From NCBI GenBank assembly GCA_050261115.1, contig JBLNCY010000016.1, forward strand, positions 1 to 39,519: 39,519 nt of DNA. The letters run 5' to 3'. How positions within the stretch are numbered: position 1 is the first letter of the stretch; each line of letters starts with the position of its first letter. The position numbers and the translations under genes were made by a program. This document shows, in pieces, positions 17,296-27,714 of the stretch. The stretch comes from Methanocella sp. (lineage in GTDB: Archaea; Thermoproteota; Bathyarchaeia; Bathyarchaeales; Bathycorpusculaceae). The notes beneath the pieces were generated by a model. The model was not told where the DNA came from. It ran no database searches and was given only the letters and a program-made list of their open reading frames with translations.

Positions 17296-19884
17296 ATGAA
17301 AAACAACAAAAAAATTATTCTAGCTATCGCAATCCTCCTGACAGTATCTATGGCCACCTCAACCATGATAGTACCCACCCAAGCGCAGAGTTTCACAGGA
17401 CACAAAAAAGCCTACGCATACATCGGTGCAACACCCAATCCAGTCGCAGTAGGCGAAGAAGTACTCCTACACATCGGCATCACCGAAGCACTACAAATCA
17501 CCGAAGACAAATGGAAAGGCCTAACCGTAACCGTAACCTATCCAGACAACACAACCAAAACCCTTGGACCATTTGACACTGACTCAACCGGCGGCACAGG
17601 CACAGTCTTCATACCCACCCAAGAAGGCATATACAAACTGCAAACACACTTCCCTGGACAATGGTACAACTACAGTTCTTTTGACATGTTCTCGATGACT
17701 ATGTCAAACGTAAACTGCTACTATGAAGCAGACGACAGTGACATCCTTGAACTGGTGGTTGGCGCAGAAGCTTCACAGTACTGGCCAGGCTTTGCGATGC
17801 CCACCGAATACTGGACTCGCCCTATAGACAGCCAAATCAGAGAATGGTACTCAATTGCGGGCAGCTGGCTCTCGCCCTCAAGCATATACGGTAATGACCA
17901 ATCCGCAGGCTTGGGTCAAGATGACGCACCCGAAACCGCGCATGTACTATGGCAGAAACAACTGCAAATCGGCGGCTTAGCTGGCGGCACAGGCATCTCT
18001 GAACAGGCAGCAATATTCCCCGGAGACGCGTATGAAGGCAAATTCAGCAACTCACTAGTTATCATGGGCATCTTGATATACCAAAAGTTTGATTCCGTCG
18101 GAGGCACCAACGTTGACAACTGGGTATGCGCTGTAGACCTGCACACGGGCGAGACACTCTGGGAAAAGACGCTCTATGATCCAAAAGGAAACGTTGTCGT
18201 ACCCCAATATGGACAGATAATGTACTGGAAGAGTTTTAACACCCAAGGAGTCCATGCTTACCTATTCTGTGGAGTATCCGGCGGGTTCTTTGGCGGAGCC
18301 TCATCAACTCTTGAAGCATTTGATCCCTACACTGGACGCTGGCTATTTACCTACACCAATATGCCAAGCGGTAGTCGAATGTATGGACCAAACGGTGAAA
18401 TACTCATCTATACCGTAAACCAGCAAGCAGGCTACATGACACTTTGGAACTCCACCGCAGTAATTGACGCATACTGGGGCACCACCCAGAACAGCCCAAT
18501 GTTTGGCTCTTGGCAACCCCAAGGGAAAACCATCAACGCCACCGGACCCTGCCCAGTAACAACTGCTACACCCTATGGCTATAACGGTTACACACTTAAC
18601 GTCACCATACCCAAAGGCTTACCTGGCAGCGTACAACTCGCATACTATAACGACGTCATCGTAGGCTACCATAGACTTGAAACCTACGGATCCTTCAACG
18701 TTATAACCCTCAACGATGCACCATTCATTCTGTGGGCTATCGATGCACAAACTGGCTCGTTGAAGTTCAACAAGACTTACACCGCCCCACCAGGAAACGT
18801 AACTCTTTCGGTTGCATGCGGAAGCCAAGAAGAACGCTTGATATGTCTTTGGAGCAAAGAGCTCGGTCAATTCTGGGCTTACAGCATCGATAACGGCAAT
18901 CTAGTCTGGGGTCCAACGCCGCCGCAGCATTACTTAGACGTCTTTGCCATGTATCCACAGATCAAGTACGGCATACTCTACTCTAACGGCATGAGCGGCA
19001 TAATGTATGCTTACGATGCAAAAACAGGCAACTTACTCTGGAACTACACCTACAAAGATCCCTGGTCAGAAACTCTCTGGAGCGACTACTGGTCTTCACT
19101 TAGGCCGCGCATAGTCTCAGACGGTAAAATCTATCTCGGTCAAAGCGAACACAGCGTTAACCAACCCCAACCAAGAGGTGCACCCTTCGTATGTCTCAAC
19201 GCAACCACTGGCGAAGTAATCTGGTCCATCGCGGGCATGTTTAGACAAACTGATTGGGGTGGAAGTGCCGTGATGGGTGACAGCATCATCGCAACAATGG
19301 ATACCTACAACCAAATGATCTATGCTATCGGTAAAGGCCCCACATCAGCTACTGTAAGTGCGCCTGACATAGGGGTAGACTTCGGCAGGTCAGTTACCAT
19401 AAAAGGTACAGTCATGGACGTCTCACCTGGCACCCAAGACGAAAAAATTAAGCTACGCTTCCCCAACGGAGTCGCAGCCGTATCAGAGGACACAATGTCA
19501 GACTGGATGCTATATGTCTACAAGCAATTCACAAAACCCACCGACGGCACCGGCGTCCCAGTATCCATAAACGTGTTAGACGCTAATGGAAACTATCGTA
19601 CAATTGGTACAACAACCACCGACACTCAAGGGTTCTTCACGTACTCATGGACACCTGACATACCAGGCGAATACAAAGTCTACGCCGTCTTTGAAGGCAA
19701 CAAAGCATACTATGGATCTCAAGCAGAAAGTTCATTCACTGTAGAGCAACCGCCTTCACCGACACCATCTCCGCAGCCAGCGGCAGCTTTGCCACCCTTT
19801 GAATTATACATAGTCGGCTTAGCAATCGTCTTTATCGTTGCCATCGCAGTAGCAACCTTGCTAATTATCAGAAAACGGCCATAA
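17296..19884 (+). CDS. Secreted PQQ-binding-like beta-propeller repeat protein, paralog 2
   Basis: Same architecture as paralog 1 (PNPV, DSTGGT, PTEYWTRPI, APETAHVLW, AVDLHTGETLW, AYDAKTGNLLW, IGKGPT, RFPNGV, TM plus RKRP). GAGGAG SD. Confidence 0.88.
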   Translation: MKNNKKIILAIAILLTVSMATSTMIVPTQAQSFTGHKKAYAYIGATPNPVAVGEEVLLHIGITEALQITEDKWKGLTVTVTYPDNTTKTLGPFDTDSTGGTGTVFIPTQEGIYKLQTHFPGQWYNYSSFDMFSMTMSNVNCYYEADDSDILELVVGAEASQYWPGFAMPTEYWTRPIDSQIREWYSIAGSWLSPSSIYGNDQSAGLGQDDAPETAHVLWQKQLQIGGLAGGTGISEQAAIFPGDAYEGKFSNSLVIMGILIYQKFDSVGGTNVDNWVCAVDLHTGETLWEKTLYDPKGNVVVPQYGQIMYWKSFNTQGVHAYLFCGVSGGFFGGASSTLEAFDPYTGRWLFTYTNMPSGSRMYGPNGEILIYTVNQQAGYMTLWNSTAVIDAYWGTTQNSPMFGSWQPQGKTINATGPCPVTTATPYGYNGYTLNVTIPKGLPGSVQLAYYNDVIVGYHRLETYGSFNVITLNDAPFILWAIDAQTGSLKFNKTYTAPPGNVTLSVACGSQEERLICLWSKELGQFWAYSIDNGNLVWGPTPPQHYLDVFAMYPQIKYGILYSNGMSGIMYAYDAKTGNLLWNYTYKDPWSETLWSDYWSSLRPRIVSDGKIYLGQSEHSVNQPQPRGAPFVCLNATTGEVIWSIAGMFRQTDWGGSAVMGDSIIATMDTYNQMIYAIGKGPTSATVSAPDIGVDFGRSVTIKGTVMDVSPGTQDEKIKLRFPNGVAAVSEDTMSDWMLYVYKQFTKPTDGTGVPVSINVLDANGNYRTIGTTTTDTQGFFTYSWTPDIPGEYKVYAVFEGNKAYYGSQAESSFTVEQPPSPTPSPQPAAALPPFELYIVGLAIVFIVAIAVATLLIIRKRP

Positions 19885-19890
19885 AACTCG

Positions 19891-19918
19891 GGGAGCTCTC
19901 TCCCTCCTCCACTTTTTT
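19891..19918 (+). terminator. Short hairpin plus T-tract
   Basis: GGGAG-CTCT-CTCCC followed by pyrimidines and TTTTTT after the stop codon. Confidence 0.45.
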
Positions 19919-19994
19919 CGTAGTGTTACTGCCTTTTTATCGATTAGTTTTTAATCGTAGAGCGCCACAGTATGTCAGCAAACAGGCTATTTCA

Positions 19995-20852
19995 ATGACG
20001 CAACTTCGCGGTTTAATAAGACTCATGCGCCCCCTAAACTGTCTAGTCATGAGCTTTGCAGTACTAGTCGGCGTTCTTCTCGCCACCTCTGGAAGCATCA
20101 GCCTCCAATGGATTAATCTGCTCTTTGGCGGCGTAACTGCATTCACCCTAGCAGCCGCTGCGATGGTTATTAACGACTACTACGACTATGACATAGATCG
20201 AATAAACGAGCCCAACCGCCCTATCCCCAGTGGCGCCGTATCCAAAAACGCAGCGCTAATCGAAACAGGCGTCCTAACGGTTATCGGGTTAGCCGCGGCT
20301 TATGCTGTAAGCTTGTACTGTTTTATCTTTGCCTTGGGCGCTTGGGTCATTATGGCGACATACTCCACAGTTGGGAAACGCAGCGGGTTAGCAGGCAACT
20401 TCTTAGTCAGCGCATGTGTTGCTGCCCCCTTTCTCTATGGTAGCTTGATAGCGTTAGATACAATTACATCTAATGTGTTGCTGTTTGCGTCAATGGCGTT
20501 CCTATCCAACACCGGCCGAGAAATTGCCAAAGGCATAGTTGACGTTCAAGGCGACCGATCCTACCACATCAAAACCATGGCTGTGCGGTTCGGCGAGAAA
20601 ACCGCGGCGGTCTCGGCAGCATTCTTCTTCATTTTCGCCGTCTGCCTCACCGTTCTCCCGCCACTTATGGGTATAGTCACCTTCTGGTTCATCCCTGTTG
20701 TTCTTGTAACTGATGTGGGTTTGGTTTGGTGCTCAATTTCCCTAATCCATCGGCCCACAAGAGAGAACGCCCGCAAAGTAAAGCGCGTTGTGCTCTACCT
20801 GTTCATCTTTGGATTATTCGCGTTCATCGCAGGACTATTGATAACCCAATAA
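19995..20852 (+). CDS. UbiA-family prenyltransferase, likely digeranylgeranylglyceryl phosphate synthase
   Basis: RLMRPLN, INDYYDYDIDRINEPNRPIPSG, REIAKGIVDVQGD and multiple TM helices. ATG 19995 preferred over GTG 19923. Confidence 0.88.
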   Translation: MTQLRGLIRLMRPLNCLVMSFAVLVGVLLATSGSISLQWINLLFGGVTAFTLAAAAMVINDYYDYDIDRINEPNRPIPSGAVSKNAALIETGVLTVIGLAAAYAVSLYCFIFALGAWVIMATYSTVGKRSGLAGNFLVSACVAAPFLYGSLIALDTITSNVLLFASMAFLSNTGREIAKGIVDVQGDRSYHIKTMAVRFGEKTAAVSAAFFFIFAVCLTVLPPLMGIVTFWFIPVVLVTDVGLVWCSISLIHRPTRENARKVKRVVLYLFIFGLFAFIAGLLITQ

Positions 20853-20868
20853 TAAAAAAAATAAAGCG

Positions 20869-23760
20869 TTATTCGGGAGCGGCTTTTGCTTCTTTTTCGT
20901 GTTTATGGTTGAATATCTTTTCTAGAAATATGCCTGTGTAGCTTTGGGAGTTGTGGGCGACTTCTTCGGGTGTGCCCTGTGCCAGTAGCCTGCCGCCTGC
21001 CGCGCCGCCTTCGGGTCCGAGGTCTATGAGTTGGTCGCAGCTTTTGATCACGTCGAGGTTGTGTTCGATGATGAAAACGGTGTTGCCATTGTCTACAAGT
21101 CGGTTTAGTACTTTAATGAGGCGTTTTGTGTCATCAAAGTGCAGGCCCGTGGTGGGTTCGTCAAGCATGTACACGACGTGGCCCGATTTGTGCTTTGAGA
21201 GTTCGCGGGTGATTTTGATGCGTTGGCTTTCTCCTCCGCTTAGCTGTGTGCTGCTCTGGCCTAGTTTGATATAGCCTAAGCCCACGTCGAGCAGCGTCTG
21301 GAGTTTACGGTGTACCTGCGGTGTGTTTTCGAAGAATTTCACGGCTTCCTCTACTGTCATTTCCAGTACTTCGGCGATGTTTTTGCCCTTGTAGCGCACC
21401 GAGAGTGTTTCTTTGTTGTAGCGTTTGCCCTTGCATTCGCTACATTGCACATAAACGTCTGGCAGGAAGTTCATTTCTATGCGGAGGACGCCGTCGCCCT
21501 GGCAGGTTTCGCATCTACCGCCTTTGACGTTGAAGCTAAAGCGGCCTTCTTTGTAGCCGCGGGCTTTTGCTTCCTTGGTGGAGGCGAATATGCGGCGGAT
21601 TTCATCGAAGAGTTTGGTGTAGGTGGCAGGGTTGCTGCGTGGGGTTCGACCGATGGGATCCTGATCGATAACTATTACGTTGCGCACGAACTCTGGCACG
21701 TCGAGGCTCTGGTGTTTTCCTATTTTGTCGACTTGTTCGCCAAACAGGTTTTTCAGCGCAGGGATGACGGTTTGGTTCATTAGCGTGCTTTTGCCTGAGC
21801 CCGAGACGCCTGTGATGCCACAGAGTACGCCAAGTGGAAGCTGGACGTTGAGTTGTTTGAGGTTGTTCTCTTGGGCGCCTTTTATGGTGATGTAGCCGAT
21901 GGGTTTGCGGCGGTGGGTTGGGACTTCAATTTTTAATTCGCCAGAGAGGTATTTGCCTGTGAGGCTGCGGGGATTCTGCATAACTACGTCTGGGGGGCCT
22001 TCGGCTACGATGTGGCCTCCATGGACGCCTGCACCTGGACCCATATCAACCAGATAGTCGGCATGTCGCATGGTGTCCTCGTCGTGCTCCACTACAATTA
22101 GGGTGTTGCCGAGGTCACGGAGCCTCTCTAGGGTGCTGATTAGTTTGGCGTTGTCACGTTGATGTAAACCTATGCTGGGCTCGTCAAGAATATAGAGGAC
22201 GCCCATGAGGTTGCTACCAATCTGAGTGGCGAGTCGGATACGTTGGGCTTCGCCACCAGACAGCGTCTTAGCTGCACGAGAAAGCGACAAATAACCTAAA
22301 CCCACATTCTTGAGAAAGCCTAGTCGTGCGTTGATTTCTTTTAGAACCTGATTAGCAATCGACAACTCCTTCTCGTTGAGTTTGGGGGGTAAGTCGCGGA
22401 AGAAATCCACCGCTTCCTCGATGGAGAGGTCGGTGACGTCGATGATGCTTTTGCCCTGAATCTGCACCGCCAACACGAGCGGCTGGAGCTTTTTGCCATG
22501 GCAGCTGTTGCAGGGGCGGGCTGTCATGAATTTCTCTATGTCTTCTTTGCGCCATTCGCTTTCGGTTTGGCGGTAGAGCCGCATTGTCTGGGGGATGACG
22601 CCTTCCCAGCCATCCCGCATGGACATCGAGGCGCCGTTTGACCAGTTGGCGTTTATGGGCTCTTGATCGCCGTATAGTAGAACGTTGAGTTGCTGTTCGG
22701 TGAAGTCTTTGATTGGGGTGAATACGTCAAAGCCGTGCTTTCTGCCCACAGCGGCTAGTTGCTGGACGCGCCAGCTAAGATCCATTTTGCCATAGACCGC
22801 AAGTGCGCCGTCCATGATGGAGAGGTTGCGGTTGGGGATGACTTTGTCGGCGGTGACTTCGGTGATTTCGCCAAGACCGTGACAGGTTGGGCAGGCGCCC
22901 CATGGCGAGTTGAAGCTAAACATGCGTGGCTCAAGCGCTTCGAACATGATTTCGGGGTGGTTGGGGCAGGCGCCGAAGGTGCTGTACATGGTTGCGCCTT
23001 CAAAGCTTTCCAGTTCCTTTTTCTGGCTGGTGTCTAGGTTGGCGTCTATGACTATCATGGTGCCTTTGCCTGCTTTTAGGGCTGCTTCGACGGCTTCGGC
23101 TAGGCGGGAGCGTTCCTCGTCTGAGATGGTGATGGTGTCTATGACGGCTTCTATCCAGTGCTTCTCGTAACGTGCCAGTTTAACTTCTTCTTTCACAGTG
23201 TCGGATTCGTAGATTTTGCCGTCGATTCGGATTTTGGTATAGCCGTCTTTTTTGAGGTCGTCTATGACTTGTTCGTGGGTGCCTTTCATGCCCCGGATAA
23301 TTGGCGCTAAGATGACTAGGGTTTTGTCTTTTTCTGCCATGATGAGGCTGGTGATGTTTTCGGGGGTCTGGGGGTGAATGCTGCTGCCGCATTTGGGGCA
23401 GTGGTGGGTGCCGATGCGTGCAAAAAGTAGTCGGAGGTAATCGTAGATTTCGGTTACTGTGCCAACGGTGGAGCGTGGGTTCTTGCTGGTGCTCTTCTGC
23501 TCTATGCTGATTGCAGGGGAGAGACCCTCGATGGAGTCCACGTCAGGTTTATCCATTAAACCCAAGAATTGGCGGGCGTAAGCAGAGAGGCTCTCTACGT
23601 AGCGGCGTTGGCCCTCAGCGTAGATGGTGTCGAATGCGAGGGTGGATTTGCCTGATCCGCTGAGCCCAGTGATGACTATTAGTTTGTTGCGGGGCAACTC
23701 TAAATCGATGTTTTTGAGGTTGTGCTCTCTTGCACCTTTGATGGAAATGGCGTTGCGCAT
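20869..23760 (-). CDS. uvrA: Excinuclease ABC subunit A
   Basis: GAREHNLKNI, two Walker A motifs (GLSGSGKS, GVSGSGKS), LSGGEAQRI, zinc fingers. Confidence 0.98.
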   Translation of the reverse strand: MRNAISIKGAREHNLKNIDLELPRNKLIVITGLSGSGKSTLAFDTIYAEGQRRYVESLSAYARQFLGLMDKPDVDSIEGLSPAISIEQKSTSKNPRSTVGTVTEIYDYLRLLFARIGTHHCPKCGSSIHPQTPENITSLIMAEKDKTLVILAPIIRGMKGTHEQVIDDLKKDGYTKIRIDGKIYESDTVKEEVKLARYEKHWIEAVIDTITISDEERSRLAEAVEAALKAGKGTMIVIDANLDTSQKKELESFEGATMYSTFGACPNHPEIMFEALEPRMFSFNSPWGACPTCHGLGEITEVTADKVIPNRNLSIMDGALAVYGKMDLSWRVQQLAAVGRKHGFDVFTPIKDFTEQQLNVLLYGDQEPINANWSNGASMSMRDGWEGVIPQTMRLYRQTESEWRKEDIEKFMTARPCNSCHGKKLQPLVLAVQIQGKSIIDVTDLSIEEAVDFFRDLPPKLNEKELSIANQVLKEINARLGFLKNVGLGYLSLSRAAKTLSGGEAQRIRLATQIGSNLMGVLYILDEPSIGLHQRDNAKLISTLERLRDLGNTLIVVEHDEDTMRHADYLVDMGPGAGVHGGHIVAEGPPDVVMQNPRSLTGKYLSGELKIEVPTHRRKPIGYITIKGAQENNLKQLNVQLPLGVLCGITGVSGSGKSTLMNQTVIPALKNLFGEQVDKIGKHQSLDVPEFVRNVIVIDQDPIGRTPRSNPATYTKLFDEIRRIFASTKEAKARGYKEGRFSFNVKGGRCETCQGDGVLRIEMNFLPDVYVQCSECKGKRYNKETLSVRYKGKNIAEVLEMTVEEAVKFFENTPQVHRKLQTLLDVGLGYIKLGQSSTQLSGGESQRIKITRELSKHKSGHVVYMLDEPTTGLHFDDTKRLIKVLNRLVDNGNTVFIIEHNLDVIKSCDQLIDLGPEGGAAGGRLLAQGTPEEVAHNSQSYTGIFLEKIFNHKHEKEAKAAPE

Positions 23761-23833
23761 TTGTTCCCCTTCTCAATTGGCGGATTCTAGCTTGACTTAT
23801 GCTCTGAGATTAGAACATTGTTGCATTAAACCC

Positions 23834-25792
23834 CTAAATTTCGGGGTTAAGGCCCGTTTTTTCCTCTTTCTGAGCCAAAACCTTCTGCAGTTCAGCTATG
23901 GCGTCGCGTAGCTCTATGGCTTTCTCGAACTCTAGCTTCTCGGCCGCTTCTCGCATTTTTGCGTCTAACTCGATGATTTGGTGTTGGATGTCTGATTTGG
24001 CAAGGTGCTTGGCGCCTTTGATGGTGCTTTCTTTAACGGTGACCGCTTTGACGATGGTTTTGGGTGTTATGCCGTACTTTTCGTTGTAGCGTTTCTGGAC
24101 ATTGCGGCGGTAATAGGTGATTTCCATAGCTCTTTTAATGGACTGCGTCTGGTGATCAGCGTATAGAATGACCCTGCCGTTGACGTTGCGGGCTGCTCGG
24201 CCAATGGTTTGGATGAGGCTGCGTTCGTCGCGTAAGAAGCCTTCTTTGTCTGCATCGAGGATAAAGATGGTGGCTACTTCGGGTATGTCTAAGCCTTCAC
24301 GTAGCAGGTTGATGCCGACCAGGATGTCGAACTCTCCAACTCGAAGCTGTCGGATGAGTTCAATGCGGTCTAAGCTCTCGATTTCACTGTGCATGTAACG
24401 TACTCGGAAGCCCTCTTTAACAAGGTAGTCCGCTAGGTCTTCTGCCATGCGTTTAGTTAAGGTGGTGATTAAGACGCGGTCGCCACGTTCGATAGTCTTC
24501 TTGGCTTCAGCCATGAGGTGCCGCATTTGCCCTTCGATCGGATGCATCTCTACTTCGGGATCAAGAAGCCCCGTGGGTCTAGTGATAAGTTCAACCGGCG
24601 GCCCGCTTTTTTCCAGTTCATACTCGCCGGGGGTCGCAGAGACAAACAATACCCTCCCCATTTTGCTCTCAAACTCGTCAAACTTCAAGGGGCGGTTATC
24701 CAGCGCACTTGGCAGTCTGAAGCCGAAGTCCACGAGGTTCTTTTTACGGCTATAATCACCGTTGTACATGCCGCGGGCTTGGGGGAGGGTCTGGTGGCTC
24801 TCGTCAATGATTAGGAGGAAGTCTTTGGGGAAGTAATCGATTAATGTGAAGGGGGGCAGGCCTGGTTTTCTACCGTCGAAGTGGCGGCTATAGTTTTCCA
24901 TACCTGAGCAGAAGCCCACTTCTCTGATCATTTCTAAATCGTAGTTGGTGCGCTGTTTTAGGCGTTGGGCTTCAAGTGGCGGCAGTTCTGGGAGGCGGGC
25001 TTCGAGTTCCTGCTGGATTGCCTCAAGGGCAAGAGCATGCTTTTCTTCAGGCACAACATACTGCCTAGCCGGGTAGAGGGTCATGCGGTCTACGCTATTT
25101 TTTACGTTGCCCGTGATGGCGTGGACTTCTTTGATTTTGCTAATAAGGTTCCCTGTGAGTTCGACGCGTATAATGTCGTTTTCGTAGGAAGGGATGATGT
25201 CGATGCTGTCTCCTCTGACGCGGAATCGGCCAGGTTCAAGCACCATATCGTTGCGTTCATACTGCATATCCACCAGTTGATGGATTAGTTGCTGGCGACT
25301 CATTTTGGCGCCTACTTCAAGCCTCTGCGCCATGGTGCGAAAGTCATCGGGGTTACCCAGCGAATAGATGCAGCTAATCGAGGCTACGATTATTGTGTCA
25401 TTGCGGCTTACTATGCTGGAGACGGCGTGCATGCGCATCTTTTCTATTTCGTCGTTGACTGTGCTATCCTTTTCTATGTACATGTCCTGTGCCGGCAGAT
25501 AGGATTCGGGTTGATAGTAATCATAAAAGCTAATGAAGAATTCAACTCGGTTATTTGGGAAGAGCTCTTTTAGTTCGCCATAGAGTTGAGCAGCCAAAGT
25601 CTTGTTATGAGCCAAAATCAACGTGGGCTTCTGAAGCTTCTGGATGACGTTTGCCATCACGAAGGTTTTGCCGCTGCCTGTGATGCCCAGAAGCGTCTGC
25701 TTATCTTTGGTCTGGAAGTTTTGTATTAACTTCTCGACTGCCTCTTGCTGTCCGGGCGAAATTTTATATGGTGCAACAAGCTCAAACTGCAA
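23834..25792 (-). CDS. uvrB: Excinuclease ABC subunit B
   Basis: GITGSGKT, AHNKTLAAQL, YDYYQPESY, DESH, GFRLPSALDNRPL, C-terminal UVR motif. Confidence 0.98.
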   Translation of the reverse strand: MQFELVAPYKISPGQQEAVEKLIQNFQTKDKQTLLGITGSGKTFVMANVIQKLQKPTLILAHNKTLAAQLYGELKELFPNNRVEFFISFYDYYQPESYLPAQDMYIEKDSTVNDEIEKMRMHAVSSIVSRNDTIIVASISCIYSLGNPDDFRTMAQRLEVGAKMSRQQLIHQLVDMQYERNDMVLEPGRFRVRGDSIDIIPSYENDIIRVELTGNLISKIKEVHAITGNVKNSVDRMTLYPARQYVVPEEKHALALEAIQQELEARLPELPPLEAQRLKQRTNYDLEMIREVGFCSGMENYSRHFDGRKPGLPPFTLIDYFPKDFLLIIDESHQTLPQARGMYNGDYSRKKNLVDFGFRLPSALDNRPLKFDEFESKMGRVLFVSATPGEYELEKSGPPVELITRPTGLLDPEVEMHPIEGQMRHLMAEAKKTIERGDRVLITTLTKRMAEDLADYLVKEGFRVRYMHSEIESLDRIELIRQLRVGEFDILVGINLLREGLDIPEVATIFILDADKEGFLRDERSLIQTIGRAARNVNGRVILYADHQTQSIKRAMEITYYRRNVQKRYNEKYGITPKTIVKAVTVKESTIKGAKHLAKSDIQHQIIELDAKMREAAEKLEFEKAIELRDAIAELQKVLAQKEEKTGLNPEI

Positions 25793-25992
25793 ACTCTACT
25801 TCCTTCCCTAATTGATAAACGACAGAATGACCTTAACGTTTTGGTTAATAGGTTTTTGCATCCAAGAGTGGAAATTCAGGTGTCAGCGCATTGAGCAGAT
25901 ACCTGCAAGTAAATCGCTCTAGTTGACGGATATGAAACAGCTTAAAGATCAGAGTTCCGGCTTCTTGTTGTTCATTTAAGGGAAAAGCGATG

Positions 25993-26631
25993 TCACTTTG
26001 GTAGGTCGGCCTCATTAGTGAATGGGTTACTCCAGACATCGGCGTAACAATACTCTTCGGGACGCTTTTTGGGCGGAGCTGTAGGTGCCTCTGCGGGGAA
26101 CCCCATTACAATCAACGCGGATGGCTCAATGTTTGTGGGGATTTTTAGTACTGCTCTGACGGTGGGTTTACAGAAGGCGGGTGCACAGTACCAGCAAGCC
26201 CCCAAACCCAAACTATACGCGGCCAAAAGCAGGTTCTCCAATGCTGCACCTAAACTCTCCGCCGCCAAATCTCGCTCGCACCTCTGGCGCTCTTCGTCTC
26301 GGTAACTCCTTAACCCATCCATAGAGAAACAAGCAACAATGAGCACGGGGGCCTCTGCAAAGCGCACCTGACGCTCAAGGCGTTTGGTTTCGTCAACAGT
26401 TAAGCCGTCTTTAGCCATATCCGCCGCCCATGCCTCAGCCATCTTCTCCGCAAGGACACGTTTGGTCACGGGGTCTTCTATGACTATGAAGCGCCAGGGC
26501 TGAGAATTATGTGCCGACGGAGCCAAACCTGCAGCCTCCAAAACCAAGCCAACATGCTCTCTTGGGACGGGTTTGTTTTGGAAGATTCGGATGCTGCGCC
26601 GCTGTTTAAGTATCCAAAGCAAGTTTGACAT
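25993..26631 (-). CDS. Nitroreductase family protein (FbiB C-terminal-domain-like)
   Basis: RRSIR, APSAHNSQPWRF, ENLLLAA..LGLGACW. Confidence 0.88.
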   Translation of the reverse strand: MSNLLWILKQRRSIRIFQNKPVPREHVGLVLEAAGLAPSAHNSQPWRFIVIEDPVTKRVLAEKMAEAWAADMAKDGLTVDETKRLERQVRFAEAPVLIVACFSMDGLRSYRDEERQRCERDLAAESLGAALENLLLAAYSLGLGACWYCAPAFCKPTVRAVLKIPTNIEPSALIVMGFPAEAPTAPPKKRPEEYCYADVWSNPFTNEADLPK

Positions 26632-26663
26632 AAAAGAGAGATAGGGAAAAGGGGGTTTTATGT

Positions 26664-27701
26664 TTATGTGCGGTTGGGTTCTAGGATGACTTTTAGGCTG
26701 TTGCCTGCTTCGGCTGTTAATCGGAAGCCTTCCTGTGCCTCTCGGATGTCTAGGCGGTGTGAAATCATGTCTTTAACGTTGATTTCGCCTGTGGCTAATG
26801 TGCGCAGAGAGTCTTCGATGTCGTTTGGTGCGGCGCCATAGCTTGTGCGCATTGTGATTTCGTTGCGCCAGAACTGGTTGATGGGTACTGGCAGTTTAAC
26901 GCTGGGGTCGGGTACTGCGAAGAATAGGATGGTTCCTCCGTTCTCAACGCAATCCATCGCTGTAGCTGCCGCGGGCAGGGCTCCTGAGCAGACGATTACT
27001 TGGTCAGCTAAGTGTCCCGTTATCTCTTTGACTTTTGCCGGAACATCATCCTTGGCGTTTATGGCATGGTGTGCCCCGAACTTTTTGGCAAGCTCCAACC
27101 GATACGGGTTAATATCAGAGACAATGACGTTTTCTACCCCCCTAAATTTGGCCAGCTGCACATGGAGTATGCCAGAGATGCCGCTGCCGATGATGAGGAC
27201 GGTGTCTTGGGCTTTTATGTTTGCTAAGCGTTGCCCACGTGAGACGCATGCGAGCGGCTCGATGAATGTACCTTCCTCATAGCTCATAGCATCAGGAAGC
27301 TTGTATATGCCGTATTGCACGTTAATTTTTGGCACCAGCACGTACTGAGCAAATCCGCCAGGGTAATAGTTGGTGGTATGTAGCATATGGCAGGCGGTGT
27401 GGTTGCCGCGTTGGCAGTGCCGGCAGTTAAAGCAGGGGACATGGTGGCTGACAAAGACGCGGTCGCCGACTTGGACGTTCTTTACTTTGGTACCCACCTG
27501 TGTTATTATGCCTGTGGCTTCATGCCCCAGCACACGGGGCGCTTTGGGTACACGGTACCATTCCATAACGTCGCTGCCGCAGATGCCGCTTGCCATTACT
27601 TTCATGAGGACTTCTTCGTCGCCTGGTTTGGGTGTTGGGATTTCCTCGACTCGCACGTCATGGTTGTTGTAGTAGAATGCGGCAAGCAAAGTGTTCACCA
27701 A
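26664..27701 (-). CDS. Zinc-dependent medium-chain (polyol/sugar) dehydrogenase
   Basis: GICGSD, LGHEATG, structural Zn site CFNCRHCQRGNHTAC, IIGSGISG. Confidence 0.92.
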   Translation of the reverse strand: MVNTLLAAFYYNNHDVRVEEIPTPKPGDEEVLMKVMASGICGSDVMEWYRVPKAPRVLGHEATGIITQVGTKVKNVQVGDRVFVSHHVPCFNCRHCQRGNHTACHMLHTTNYYPGGFAQYVLVPKINVQYGIYKLPDAMSYEEGTFIEPLACVSRGQRLANIKAQDTVLIIGSGISGILHVQLAKFRGVENVIVSDINPYRLELAKKFGAHHAINAKDDVPAKVKEITGHLADQVIVCSGALPAAATAMDCVENGGTILFFAVPDPSVKLPVPINQFWRNEITMRTSYGAAPNDIEDSLRTLATGEINVKDMISHRLDIREAQEGFRLTAEAGNSLKVILEPNRT

Positions 27702-27714
27702 AAAAGAAGAGGGG

